The notes below the pieces were generated by a model, which saw nothing but the letters and a program-made list of their open reading frames with translations, was not told the DNA's origin and did not search any database. The translations under genes and the position numbers were made by a program. Below, piece by piece: positions 13,129-25,096 of a stretch of DNA of 64,000 bases; the stretch's first letter is position 1; each line of letters starts with the position of its first letter. The DNA lies in the NCBI RefSeq assembly GCF_006345805.1, contig NC_042999.1:61256001-61320000 (forward strand), read 5' to 3'. The stretch is from Octopus sinensis (lineage: Eukaryota).

Positions 13129-13155
13129 CACATATATATATATATATACACATAT
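12845..13155. repeat. Long imperfect (TA)n microsatellite
   Basis: About 310 bp, almost purely TA. Confidence 0.95.
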
Positions 13156-15060
13156 GCCTGCAACTCTCCCATGAAAAGGAAAGAGCAGACAAAGAAGCCT
13201 GGGCTATAGACAACATAAAATCTAACCCCAGAGCTTTCTACAGGTATGCTAAAGAAACAGCTACGGTGCACTGTAGAATAGGGCCACTCCTCGAAAAGGA
13301 TGGCACACTTACAGGAAAACCAATGAGGGTAAGTGAAATACTGAATGAGCAATTCAAGAGTGTTTTCACTCCACCCCTTGGGCATCTCCAAATCACACCA
13401 ATCCAACTGACTTTTTTACCACTGCAGATATAAAATCAGAGGCGGCGACGATAGATTACATCGATATAAAGGAAGACGATGTAATCAAGGCTATAGATGA
13501 AATGAAAACAGACTCACTACTGGCCCCGATGGATTCCCGGCAATCCTCCTAAAAGCATGTAAGAGAGTCCTAGCAAGACCACTGCAGTTCCTCTTTCAGA
13601 GCTTTCTTGCAGCTGGCAAACTTCCAAGAAAACTGAAGGAAGGTAAAATATGCCCCATTCATAAAGGAGGTAGCAGAGCGGAAGCCAAGAACTATAGACC
13701 TATCTCTCTGACCTCACACATCAGCAAGGTCATGGAACGAATAGTCAGAAGGAAGCTGATCACCTTCCTTGAAGAAAATGACTTGGTGCCCGACACCCAA
13801 CATGGTTTCCGACCAGGGCGAAGCTGTTTAACTCAGCTCCTACAACACTATGACTGGGTGCTGAAACAGCTGCTCAACCACTCAAATGTGGAAGTGATAT
13901 ATCTCGACTTTGCAAAGGCCTTTGATAAAGTCGATCATGGAATGATATGTCACAAACTGCGTGATGTGAGCGGTGTTCCGCAGGGCACTGTTCTGGGACC
14001 ACTACTGTTCATAATGGCCCTCTCAAACATGCCCTCAGCCACGCAGAGAGCCACGATCACAAGTTATGCAGATGATACAAAAGTTTCACAGGCAATACAG
14101 AACCCTGAGGACACTAAACACCTGCAATGTGAGCTGGACAAAATATACAAGTGGGCCGAAAAGAATAGCATGCAGTTCAATGCTGAAAAGTTTCAAGCTC
14201 TATACTATCAGCATGCAAAACTAAATGCAATACCCAATGAATACACTGGACCCGGAGGAATAGCAATCCAGAGGCACAATCAGTGCGTGACCTGGGTATT
14301 TACATGAGTGATGACGCGACCTTTCGTGTACATGTTGCTAAATTGGCAATGAAATGTAGACGACTGGCCGGATGGATCCTCAGAACCTTTAGAACAAGAG
14401 AACAAGAAACCATGATGGTCCCCTGGAGACACTTGTCCTAAGCCACTTTGACTACTGCTCTCAGTTATGGTCACCATCCAGTGTCAAGTTGATCAGAGAC
14501 TCGAGGCGATCCAACGTAGCTACACGAAGAAGATAGCCTCTATGCAGAATGTAAGCTACTGGGAAAGACTCAAGAGATTAAAATTATATTCCCTGGAGCG
14601 TAGGCGGGAAAGATATGCCATAATATACATCTGGAAGATCCTGGAGGGAAGTGTCCTGAACTTTGGCATCGAGAGTTACGCAAATGCCAGAACTGGGCGC
14701 CACTGCGTGGTGCCTAGGACTCCAAACTTGCCATCAAGATGTAGGACAAGATTCTGTGATAGCCTGGGCTTCCGAGGCCCACAGCTCTTCAATATCCTCC
14801 CGAAGAACCTGAGAGACCTGCATGGGGTGGATACAGATGTCTTTAAAATGAAGCTGGATCTCTTCCTGTCAGGTGTCCCAGATGAACCAACTTCACGGCA
14901 GGAGGGGCAGATGAGGGCAGCTGCATCGAACTCTCTCATGCACCAAATAGCAGTTGCTAGAAAGCCTTCATGAAGTGAAACCAAGTAGCAACACCAAATG
15001 GCGGTGCCCCAGCATGGCCACAGCTCATAAGCTGAAACTAGAATCAATCAATCAATCAAT
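13156..15060 (+). mobile_element. CR1-group LINE, 5'-truncated ORF2 with 3' UTR and (TCAA)n tail
   Basis: NYRPISLTSHISKVME, QHGFRPGRSCLTQLL, YLDFAKAFDKVDH, SGVPQGTVLGP, YADD, SLERRRER and LFNILP. Frameshifts present; AATCAATC tail at 15042-15060. Confidence 0.92.
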
Positions 15061-15073
15061 ATATATATAATAT

Positions 15074-15114
<41 letters not shown>

Positions 15115-15147
15115 CACACACACATATATATATATATATATACACAT

Positions 15148-15205
<58 letters not shown>

Positions 15206-15210
<5 letters not shown>

Positions 15211-15317
15211 CGTAGGCTCGAAACGTTAAAGAATTTTTCACTCCCCGAGCGTTATAATATTACATCTGCTTTTTGTGCACATCACTGTCTTCGTCTCTTG
15301 TTTTTGTGAATTCTCCT

Positions 15318-15320
<3 letters not shown>
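15206..15320 (+). mobile_element. Probable Penelope pseudo-LTR fragment (same family as 2560-2770)
   Basis: AGAGCGTAGGCTCGAAACGTTAAAGA plus shared downstream sequence. Confidence 0.45.
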
Positions 15321-15361
<41 letters not shown>

Positions 15362-15365
<4 letters not shown>

Positions 15366-16600
15366 GTCATCCTATCAGTTTTGTCCGATTTTACCTTGTA
15401 TGAAATTGAATCAAATTAAAAGTATCTTAGAATGTCTAACCGAATCAAAAATTATTTTTATGCATTTGTGTATATTTAAACTAATTAAATATTATTTTAC
15501 GGTATAAGAGAATTAAAATTTCTTTGATTAAAACCCTTTCTAATATGGAAGAATTCTAATTACATTTGAGGCATATAATGCTTTATAAGTACAAAAAAGG
15601 AAACTCTGCGGTTGAAGCGACTCGAAACATACACTCAGTTTATGGGAAAGAATGCTTGAATGAAAGAACTTGAAAAAGTTTGTTTGGAAATTCCAGAAGT
15701 GGAGATTTCAGCTGTGAAGATGAAGATCGAACAGGACATCGAGTTGAGTTTGAGACATTACTTGATGAAAATCCTGCATTATCGGTTGAAGAATTGGTAA
15801 TAATGCTTAGTTCACACCATACAACTGTTCATTGTCATCTTCAACAACTTGGGAAGATTCCTAAACTTGGAAAATGGGTGTCTCATGAATTGTCCGAAAG
15901 CAACTGCAAATCCCAAGTTGACATCTGCTCTTCTCTTCATTCTCGCGAGCTCATTTCACTCTTTTTGGATAGACTTATGACTGCTGACGAAAAATGGATC
16001 TTCTATCGAAATGTTTAACTTCGTAAACAGTGGAAAAGGGAAAAGGCTCAACTACAACCGAAAAGGGAACTTCATGGAAAAAAGATTCTCTCTATCTGGC
16101 TGGATTGCAAAGGAGTAATTCCCTTTGAATTGCTACCACCTAATACAGCAATTAATGCTCAAGTCTACTGTCAGCATTTAGAGCGTTTGAATCAAGCTTT
16201 GAAGGAAAAAAGACCCGCTTTAGTGAATCAAAAAGGAGTGATGTTTCATCAGGACAATGCCCGTCCCCACACCGCAAATATCACGAAAGATCGAAGAGCT
16301 TGGCTGGGAAAAAATTCCTCATCCACCTTATTCTCCCAACCTTGCTCCTTCAGACTACCATTTGTTACGTAGTTTACAGAATCATTTGGGGGACATAACT
16401 TTCACAAGCCAGGAGGAGGTCGAAACTGACATTCCAGAGTTCTTCGCTTTGAAACCAAAAGAGTTTTACATTAATGGGATTAAAAAGCTCGTAAATAGAT
16501 GGAAGGAAATCATAGATAATCAGGGAAAGAACATCGATGGTTAAATTTGATCACTTGTTTTCTTTATTCAAAATTCGGACAGATCTTTTGGGATGACCTG

Positions 16601-16601
<1 letters not shown>
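15362..16601 (+). mobile_element. Full-length mariner (1240 bp) with dead D,D34D transposase
   Basis: TIRs TCAGGTCATCC...TGTCCGA(T/A)TTT at both ends with TA flanks. TADEKW, FHQDNARPH and YSPNLAPSDYHL motifs; stops and frameshifts. Confidence 0.95.
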
Positions 16602-16656
<55 letters not shown>

Positions 16657-17640
16657 GGGGTGGGGTGCGTATATACATATATATATATTTATATGCAGGT
16701 GTCTATGTGTCTGTGTGTCTCTCATCCACCGTTTGGAAATCGATGTTCTTTTGTTTACGTCACAGAAAGCTAACTGTTGAGCAAAAGATACCGATAGATT
16801 ACGTACCAGACATGAAAAATAAGTGCCTGGCGGGATTTATTCAACTATGATCCTTGAAACGGTCCCACAATGAATGATACAATTGAAAGATATAAGATAT
16901 GTATAAAAGCAGCAGACACAACCCGACGTTGAATTAATATATATGGAACTAAGAATAAAAAATGCTACATAGCAATTATATAAATGTGTGTGACAGTGTG
17001 AAGATAGAGCAATTATAATCGTTTCACTAGATCTGTGATCAACATATTTTCATAATGGACATAAATGTAGACGTAGATTAATGTAGTGGTTTGGCGTTTA
17101 AGTTAACTTAGTATATAGAGAGAGGTATCACTTCATGTGTGAACTCTGTATGTAGTCTTATTACTTGGGAGTGAATGTAGCACGTATAGATAAGTTTGGT
17201 ATGAGCCTATATAGAGCTACGGAGTGTCTATATATATAAATGTTATATAGAGATGTGAGTGAGAGTTAACATATAACATACTTAGATGGTGCGCTTGTGA
17301 ATATTCAATATATATACAGAATTAAACCGTAAGCGATGATATAACGCATATATATACATCCTTGACTTGTGTGTGCACATAAAGCCTGTATGCGTGTGGC
17401 TTGCTATTGTAAAATATAGATTTTATATTTTCACATGCAAGTTATATTCTCTTGGAAGAGAAAATCGAAAAACGTTTGTTTAAAATTTATCTAAAACCTT
17501 GAAATCTCCCAGAATAAGCATAGCTAATTATTTCCAAAGCTGTACAGCATTTCAGAATCATTTTCAATGATGTCGTTTTTAAACTCACTTTTAAATAAAA
17601 TATCTGAATTCTTTAAATAACCTGCTGAGTGTAATATGAA

Positions 17641-17956
17641 GGCGCGCGGCGTAGTGGTTACGGCATTCGGCTTACGAAAAGTCAAGAGTTCAATTCCCGC
17701 CGACGCATTGTGTCCTTGAGAAAGACGTTTGGTTACACGTTACTCTAGTTCACTCAGCTGGCAAAAATGAGTAGTACCTGTATTTCAAAGGGCCGGCCTT
17801 GTCACACTCTGTGTCACGCTGAATCTCCCTGAGAACTCCGTTAAGCATACACGTGTGCATGGAGTGCTCAACGACTTGCACGTTAATTTCACAAGCAAGC
17901 TGTTCCGTTGATCGTATCAGCTGGGACCCTCGTCGTCCTAATCGACGGAGTGCTCC
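17641..17956 (+). mobile_element. SINE family D (tRNA head + CORE-like segment + distinct tail)
   Basis: A box GGCGTAGTGG, B box GAGTTCAATTCC, TGTGTCCTTGAG. Tail shared with 61098-61307. Confidence 0.8.
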
Positions 17957-17993
17957 ATTTAGAACACTGTACGTAATAAAGTGTATATAGAGT

Positions 17994-18678
17994 ACATTAT
18001 TTACAATTGACGATATTTGTCCTCATCTTTTTTGTTCTTAACACATCGTTGGGGAAATTTCGAACCTGGGTTCTCATTCCTAAGGTATTTTCGATGTTGT
18101 TATTACTATTATTATTCAGGTCCCTGCCTGGAATCGAACTCGGAATCTTGGGGTTAGTAGCCCGCTCTCGTAACGACTACGCCATATGCCCAATTATGGA
18201 ATGAACCTTAGGGCTTATAAATCTAATAATTATCAATATCTCCCCGTGTCACAGCTTTGCGACGTTCCTCCACCCTTATTTTGAGGGGGCCGCATTTTTC
18301 GCCTTTGTACAACCTACCACAGCTGCATGGGATGGAGTACACGCAGTTCTTAGCCATATTCTCTTCTTTTGGTTGTTTTACCCAAAGGAGTTACTTGCGA
18401 AGTGTTGTATTACTTTTGAATACTGTCCTGATGTCATATCGGCCGCATATCTTTTGCCTCTGTTCAGAGAGGCCTTTCACAAAGCGTAGACAGACTGTGG
18501 ACAGTTTTTCGGCTTCATCCTCTCTTTTCTTCATGATTTCCCCAAGACACCTGATGAAGGCTGGAGGGTATATCAGCAGAAACGTTGTGTTAACAACAAA
18601 CAAGATGAGGACAAATATCCGTCAAATGTAAATAATGTAAATAATGTACATAATTCCTGAACTCTTAAATATAGAATT
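17994..18678 (-). mobile_element. Penelope-like composite insert: GIY-YIG fragment between inverted pseudo-LTR copies, with tRNA-like head
   Basis: Minus strand FVKGLSE..IRTVFKSNTTL..NCVYSIPCSCGRLYKGE. Inverted repeats at about 17994-18055 and 18536-18649. 13-bp TSD GTGTATATAGAGT at 17981-17993 and 18679-18691. Confidence 0.85.
18546..18591 (+). ncRNA. Candidate minimal type I hammerhead ribozyme (Penelope type)
   Basis: GACAC-CTGATGA-A-GGCTG..CAGC-A-GAAAC-GTT-GTGTT. Stem I is GACAC/GTGTT, stem II is GCTG/CAGC, and helix III is reduced to the ACGT palindrome. Confidence 0.6.
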
Positions 18679-19804
18679 GTGTATATAGAGTGTATATAGA
18701 CGAAAATTAAGTAGTGTATGTTTCATAGGTTCGTAGTAACGATTTTTCGACAGTGTTTATTACGAAATTGTATCGTTGCTATTTAAATGTAATCTAATAC
18801 ATAATCCTCATATATTATTTGAATAAATGTAATTTAAATGTATGCATTTAATTGAAATAATGGAAATTAAGCAAATTGCTAAAAAAAAATGTGAATAAGA
18901 ATATGTAACGCGTATATAACCATACATACAACACTATTGACGATGGCACAATAGAAAGCTTGCTAAACAGGAGATTATACATTCTTAATAAGCAGAGTAA
19001 TAATTAATTATAAATCTGTTATTGCCAGAACATATTTTTTTTCTGTGCCAGGTTCAAAAACATGTGAGGCCCCTACTTTTCTTCATACGCAATGTAATCA
19101 TTAAAATTCCAACTAAACAACGTATAGCGTATGTGTTGGTGGGAAGGAGTTGGTTTCGTGAATGCAGGTTGAAAACCAATGAACAACAAGCACTAAAGTA
19201 AGCAAACAGGCCTCCATAACTGTTAATGGTTACCCAATTCTAACCATCTATCATACAAATAACTATATTAAATATTCACGCAAAACTACTCATTATATTG
19301 GCAAATAATTGACTGAGAACAAAACGACATCTCTATTCAAAATTTCATTGCTATCATGTTTCTAAAACGTTGTTCGGTTGTTTTATCCTTTTCCACTTGA
19401 CATTTTTTTTTTCCTTTTATGTTCAAAATATAAGCTGAAATATTCGACTTCATTGTATTATTTCTCCTAATTATGCGGTTTTGAATCTATAATGAGTAAT
19501 TATAAGTGGAAGAGTTGTATCTTGCAATGAAATTACCAAGTAATAAAACAAGAAACATTTCATATGACAATACATGCCTGTTAGGCAAATTTAAATTACT
19601 CGATCAAGTTTTGTGCCACATGAGCAGATAATTTTATAGATATAACTGTTTTGTTTATTGAATACTTTTATTAAAAAACGTAGAGCGGCATCTTCTTCGT
19701 ATTCCTCTCATTATGCCAACGACATCTATTTCAATACATAGATATCTAAGTCGCAATATACATTCATGCTTACATACACACATACATAAAAACACACACA
19801 CATA

Positions 19805-19838
<34 letters not shown>

Positions 19839-19995
19839 AATATATATATATATATATATACATGCATACATATATTTACAAATATATGTATGAATGTATG
19901 TTTTCATGTGTATATCTGTGTGTAGGTTTGTGTGCTCGTATGTACTTTATAAATGCAGAAGAGTAATCGATACCCGCTTATAATGGTGAAGTGGT

Positions 19996-20017
19996 GATGG
20001 TGCCGGTGTTGGCGGCG

Positions 20018-20108
<91 letters not shown>

Positions 20109-20170
20109 CGGTGGTGGTGGTGGTGGTGGTGGTGGTGGTGGTGGTGGTGGTGACGGCAGCGGCAGTAGGA
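19996..20170. repeat. Compound trinucleotide tract (GCA)(GTA)(GGT)
   Basis: Direct reading; explains the poly-Ala/Val/Thr pseudo-ORFs. Confidence 0.95.
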
Positions 20171-20759
20171 GTAGCTATCGGAATATACTTATATACCGTT
20201 GCTACGGGCGACAATCAGAGGTTAATCCATACCGAATGTTCATACTTGTTACATCAACTACATCAACAGGAGATGGAATAGAACTCGTTAATTAGCAGGT
20301 GGTTAATTAGAAATATCAAATGCAACAGAAACGTAACTGGAACGCATTTAAGTTCAATCTAATTACTCGGTCCACATCAGTCGACTGAAGAAAACTACAT
20401 ATCTCGTCAGTTGCTTTGTTCTGACCCATGAACGGTGCTTGCTAGGTTCTATAACCACAAAAATTAGGGATAAAATCTGACAGGAACGAATGAAAAAATA
20501 AAAACTTTTACCATCTAGATTCCTGGAACAATTGGATTCCTTATGTATTTAAATGTATTTTATGAGTAATACATAGTCTTTGGACTGATTTACCCGCCAA
20601 CGCGATCACCACATCAGAATATATAAAGGCGGCGAGCTGGCAGAACTGTACGACTATCCATATATGAATTATGTATAATACTTACCAGACAAACATGCCT
20701 ATTATTTACATATATATACACATATATCCAGGACCAGCGACTTGGAGGAGGTGTCCGCC

Positions 20760-21120
20760 GTTCCCGGTTCCAAATATTTACCTTCGACACCGATAGAATG
20801 ACGAGCCCCGCGCCATATGTTGCCAGTGGGGCGAATAGAGCCACATCACAAATGTGTAAGTATATTGGTTCTGCAAGTACTTCATTCAAGCGATATTTTC
20901 TTAAACACCAGTCATCCTTCAGAGTACCATGTATAACACTTCAAAGATCAAGGGACCCCTTTGTGACATCATGTGGAAATTAATTGATCGCCAGGGCCGC
21001 GGAGAGAGCCAAAATTCTTGAGAGCTAAAAGAAACCTGATACATTAAATGGCCGTAAAGACGTGTTTGCTAAATGTATCCACTTCAAGCAATACTTACTG
21101 GAAAATTGGATCTCCCCGTT
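20760..21120 (+). mobile_element. Degenerate Penelope GIY-YIG / C-terminal fragment
   Basis: KYIGSASTSFKR..HQSSFR, then IMWKLIDR, ERAKILE and LNGRKDVFAKCIHFKQYLL across frames. Confidence 0.55.
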
Positions 21121-22071
21121 TACTGGTTAGGCCTCTTCAAGTCTATAAGGGTTTTTTCCCCTCTCATTCTGGGGAGATAACTCGTCCTCATTAACGATTT
21201 TTTGTTGTTTTGCTAGGTTGTATTCCCCGACTTCTGAGCGTTTCCTCTTCTCTGCTACGTAGATATTTTAAATTTTGTATTTATATAGAGTTTGAATAGC
21301 TGTCCACAAGGATTTGCTTTGTGGACGCGAAACCTTGGGTAACTCCATGTCCAAGATATAACATTTTTGTTGTGATTATATATATCTCAGTGGTTGGTCA
21401 AATACTGTCCACATTATACAATAAATAGTTTAAAGGATTCATTTGATGGAGAATTGTCAAACAGTATCTCTCTCACAGTGCAACTGTGTGTCGCACTGTT
21501 AACACTTTTACACGTGTTTTCATGTGTTTGTGTGTGAGTGTGCCTGTGTGTGAGTGTGCCCGTGTGTGATGTATACACCACTGATTAGAAATCAATAATG
21601 TTTGAAAATCGATTGTGGTTGCCACCGTTTTTTTTTCAATCTACGGATGTTACAGATATTTGGCTACTGCTTCTAGCATGTCCATCATCTACACACCCTC
21701 ACCGTAAATTATTCCTTTTGGACACGTCTTCTGTCTGTTTTGGCAGTAATATATCTTATCTTAGTATTGCTGCACAATGTGTCATTCCGATCTTTAACTC
21801 TTGAAATAGTTCGTGTTTGCTCTGTTGAAATGGCATAAAAATCTGTTGTGTTATACGTTTTCTTTCCACGTTACCTGTGGCTACTCAACTGAATGTTAAT
21901 ACGAGCAGTCCTCTTTCCCCTCCGACTGTCACATCCTTGATGTTACCCACAGGCAAGCGAAGGCGAAACCTCTGTTTGTCTATCTCTACTTGTGTCTACA
22001 TAGACACGTGAAAACAGTTATGAATGTCATAGAGTCATACTTACACGCTACGCATACACATTTACGGATAT

Positions 22072-22125
<54 letters not shown>

Positions 22126-22127
22126 AA

Positions 22128-22194
<67 letters not shown>

Positions 22195-22277
22195 CACACA
22201 CACACACCACATATATATGCATATATATCTATCTATCTATCTATCTATATATATATATATATATACGCACATATATC

Positions 22278-22578
22278 TTTGTTCCTTCTCGAGCCAAGCC
22301 TGGCTCATAAGGGCCGGTTTCCCGGTTTCCTTGGCCTATAGGTTCGCCATCTGGACGGGACGCCGGTCTGTTGCAGGTGAGCTGCAAGATGCAGGAGGAA
22401 AGAGTGAGAGAAAGTTTTGGCGAAAGAGTAAGCAGAAGTTCGCCATTACCTTCTGCCGGAGCAGCGTGGAGATTAAGTGTTTTGCCCATAAACACACACA
22501 TCGCCTGGCCTGAGATTCGAACCCGCGATCTCTAGAGCGCGAGTTCGCTACTCTTACCACTAGGCCAAGTGCCTCCAC
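22278..22578 (-). mobile_element. SINE family C (tRNA-Arg-like head)
   Basis: Reverse complement of 59984-60286; A box TGGCCTAGTGG, B box GGTTCGAATC. Confidence 0.9.
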
Positions 22579-23102
22579 TATGCACATATATACCCTAACA
22601 TATATAATGATACACACACACAGGCACTTGTAAAATGTTATGTTAATGGGAAGTAACTTAGATGAGAGAAAGAGAATTGGAGATGGAAATAGACAATATT
22701 GTACATACATTGTTTTTTGTATTGTTCTTCTCTCCAGGGAAGCTCAGCAACGTGGGAAAATCTATTGAGAAACATTGATCTATTATTCATACATCCTATC
22801 GCATACTTTACATTATTATAACATTACAGCTGAAAAGGAATCATTATTATGGCATTATTCTATCATAAGATATGCATAATCACACAGCTGCAAAGTTAAT
22901 GATATAACAGAAACTAATTATCCTATCATGCGTTCGTTGAGACTAATTGTAAATGACTCTTCTTCCCTGCTTCAATAAAATTCCAGTAAGATGATTCCCA
23001 AATTGTTGAGTTGAAATAGCATTATGTAGAAGCCATATTTGATGCGAGTGTCACTTTCCTAACAATCTCACCCGTCTACCTCTCGCTACCAATCCACATT
23101 TT

Positions 23103-23211
<109 letters not shown>

Positions 23212-23525
23212 TATGTATGCATATATACCTTTGTATATATACAACACATAGACACTCATTTATTCATCCAGGCATATACATGTGTCTGCATGTATGCGTA
23301 AACATTCGTATGTTTGTTCATACATCCAAACACGAACACACAAACACACCTCTATGCATCTTTATATGGAGGTTATGACGCTACATAATCATTGCGTAAT
23401 TTATTGACACACGTGCAGCTATGTGGTGGTGAGTTAGAATGTCAAATTACCGACATAGGTTCAATAACTTATTTGGCAGCTGTTCTGCACATAAAGAGTT
23501 ACAACGGTAAGGATACAGTGAGTCT

Positions 23526-23563
<38 letters not shown>

Positions 23564-23819
23564 TATATATATATATTTAAACACATAAGGAATCTACTTG
23601 TGGGATTCAACACGCTAGAAAGAACACCTAGGTTCTATAACCACAAAAAGTAGGGATAAAATCCGACAGGTACAAAATGAAAAAATAAAAACTTTTACCA
23701 TCTAGATTCCTGGACCAATTGGATTCCTTGTGTGTTTAAATGCACACTGTATTTAATAAGTAATACATAGTTTTGGACTGATTTAGAGCCAAAGCGATCT
23801 ACACGACAGAATATATAAA

Positions 23820-24421
23820 GGCGGCGAGCTGGCAGAAATGTTAGCACGCTGGGTGAAATGCTCAGCGGTATTTCGTCTGCGTTACGTTTTGAGTTTAAAT
23901 TCCGCCGAGATAGACTTTGCCTTTCATCCTTTCGGGGTCGATAAATTAGGTACCAGTTACGCACTGGGGTCGATGTAATCGATTTAATACCTATGTCTGT
24001 CCTTGTTTGTCCTTTCTGTGTGTAGCCCCTTGTGTATAGTAAAGAAATAGGTATTTCGTCTGCCGTTACGTTCTGAGTTCATATTCCGCCGAGGTAAACT
24101 TTGCCTTTCATCCTTTCGGGGCCGATAAATTAAGTACCAGTTACCCACTGGGGTCGATGTAATCGATTTAATACCTATGTCTGTCCTTGTTTGTCCTTTC
24201 TGTGTGTAGCCCCTTGTGTATAGTAAAGAAATAGGTATTTCGTCTGCCGTTACGTTCTGAGTTCATATTCCGCCGAGGTCGACTCTGCCTTTCATCCTTT
24301 GGGGGTCGATAAATTAAGCACCAGTTACGCACTGGGGTCGGTGTAATCGACATAATCCCTTTGTCTGACCTTGTTTGTCCCCTCTATGTTTATCCTCTTG
24401 TGGGCAATAAAGAAATAAGAA
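23820..24421 (+). mobile_element. SINE family A head-to-tail trimer
   Basis: One full copy plus two 5'-truncated units of about 184 bp; junctions at 24049/24050 and 24233/24234. Confidence 0.92.
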
Positions 24422-24987
24422 TTTTTGTGTGTTTTATATTCCTGTGTGCATGCGGACATGTGTGTATATCATTTTGTGAATACAAAAATGCTTACATATT
24501 CAGTGTGTTGAATACGTGATTTCTTTTTCAACATTTTGAATTGAAAACCTGACTGTTCTGTAATTTCCATTTTTTTTTTCTATTATCTGCACGTTATTGT
24601 TGTGTTCTTTTTTTTTTTCAGATACTCATATGATTGCTGTAAAGTATGTTTGAAGCTAATTTTTCCATTGCCCAGTGCTTCGTTGCTGGCTGAGAATCTG
24701 GATGGTCTTCTAAGCAGGAATTTTATAAATGACATTTTATATCTATGTTGACAGTGACTATCTACACAAATGTAGGCATTTATATGAACATGCATTTAAT
24801 TTGATCTTTATTGTAAACGGACGTGATATATCGGTTAATTTTCTCTCAGATGATATATATACATTGCAGACACACACACATGCGTATGTATATACATGCA
24901 TATGTATATATATATATATATATATTGTGTGTGTGTATGTGTGTGTGTGTGCGTGTGGGATGTATAGTATGTATGTAGGTATGTATG

Positions 24988-25040
<53 letters not shown>

Positions 25041-25096
25041 TATATGCATATATGATACATACATATACATAATATATATATATATGTATATATATT

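Noticed and set aside
16980-17300. IIVSLDL resembling a Penelope RT motif
   Set aside because: An isolated short match amid stops; it cannot be supported.
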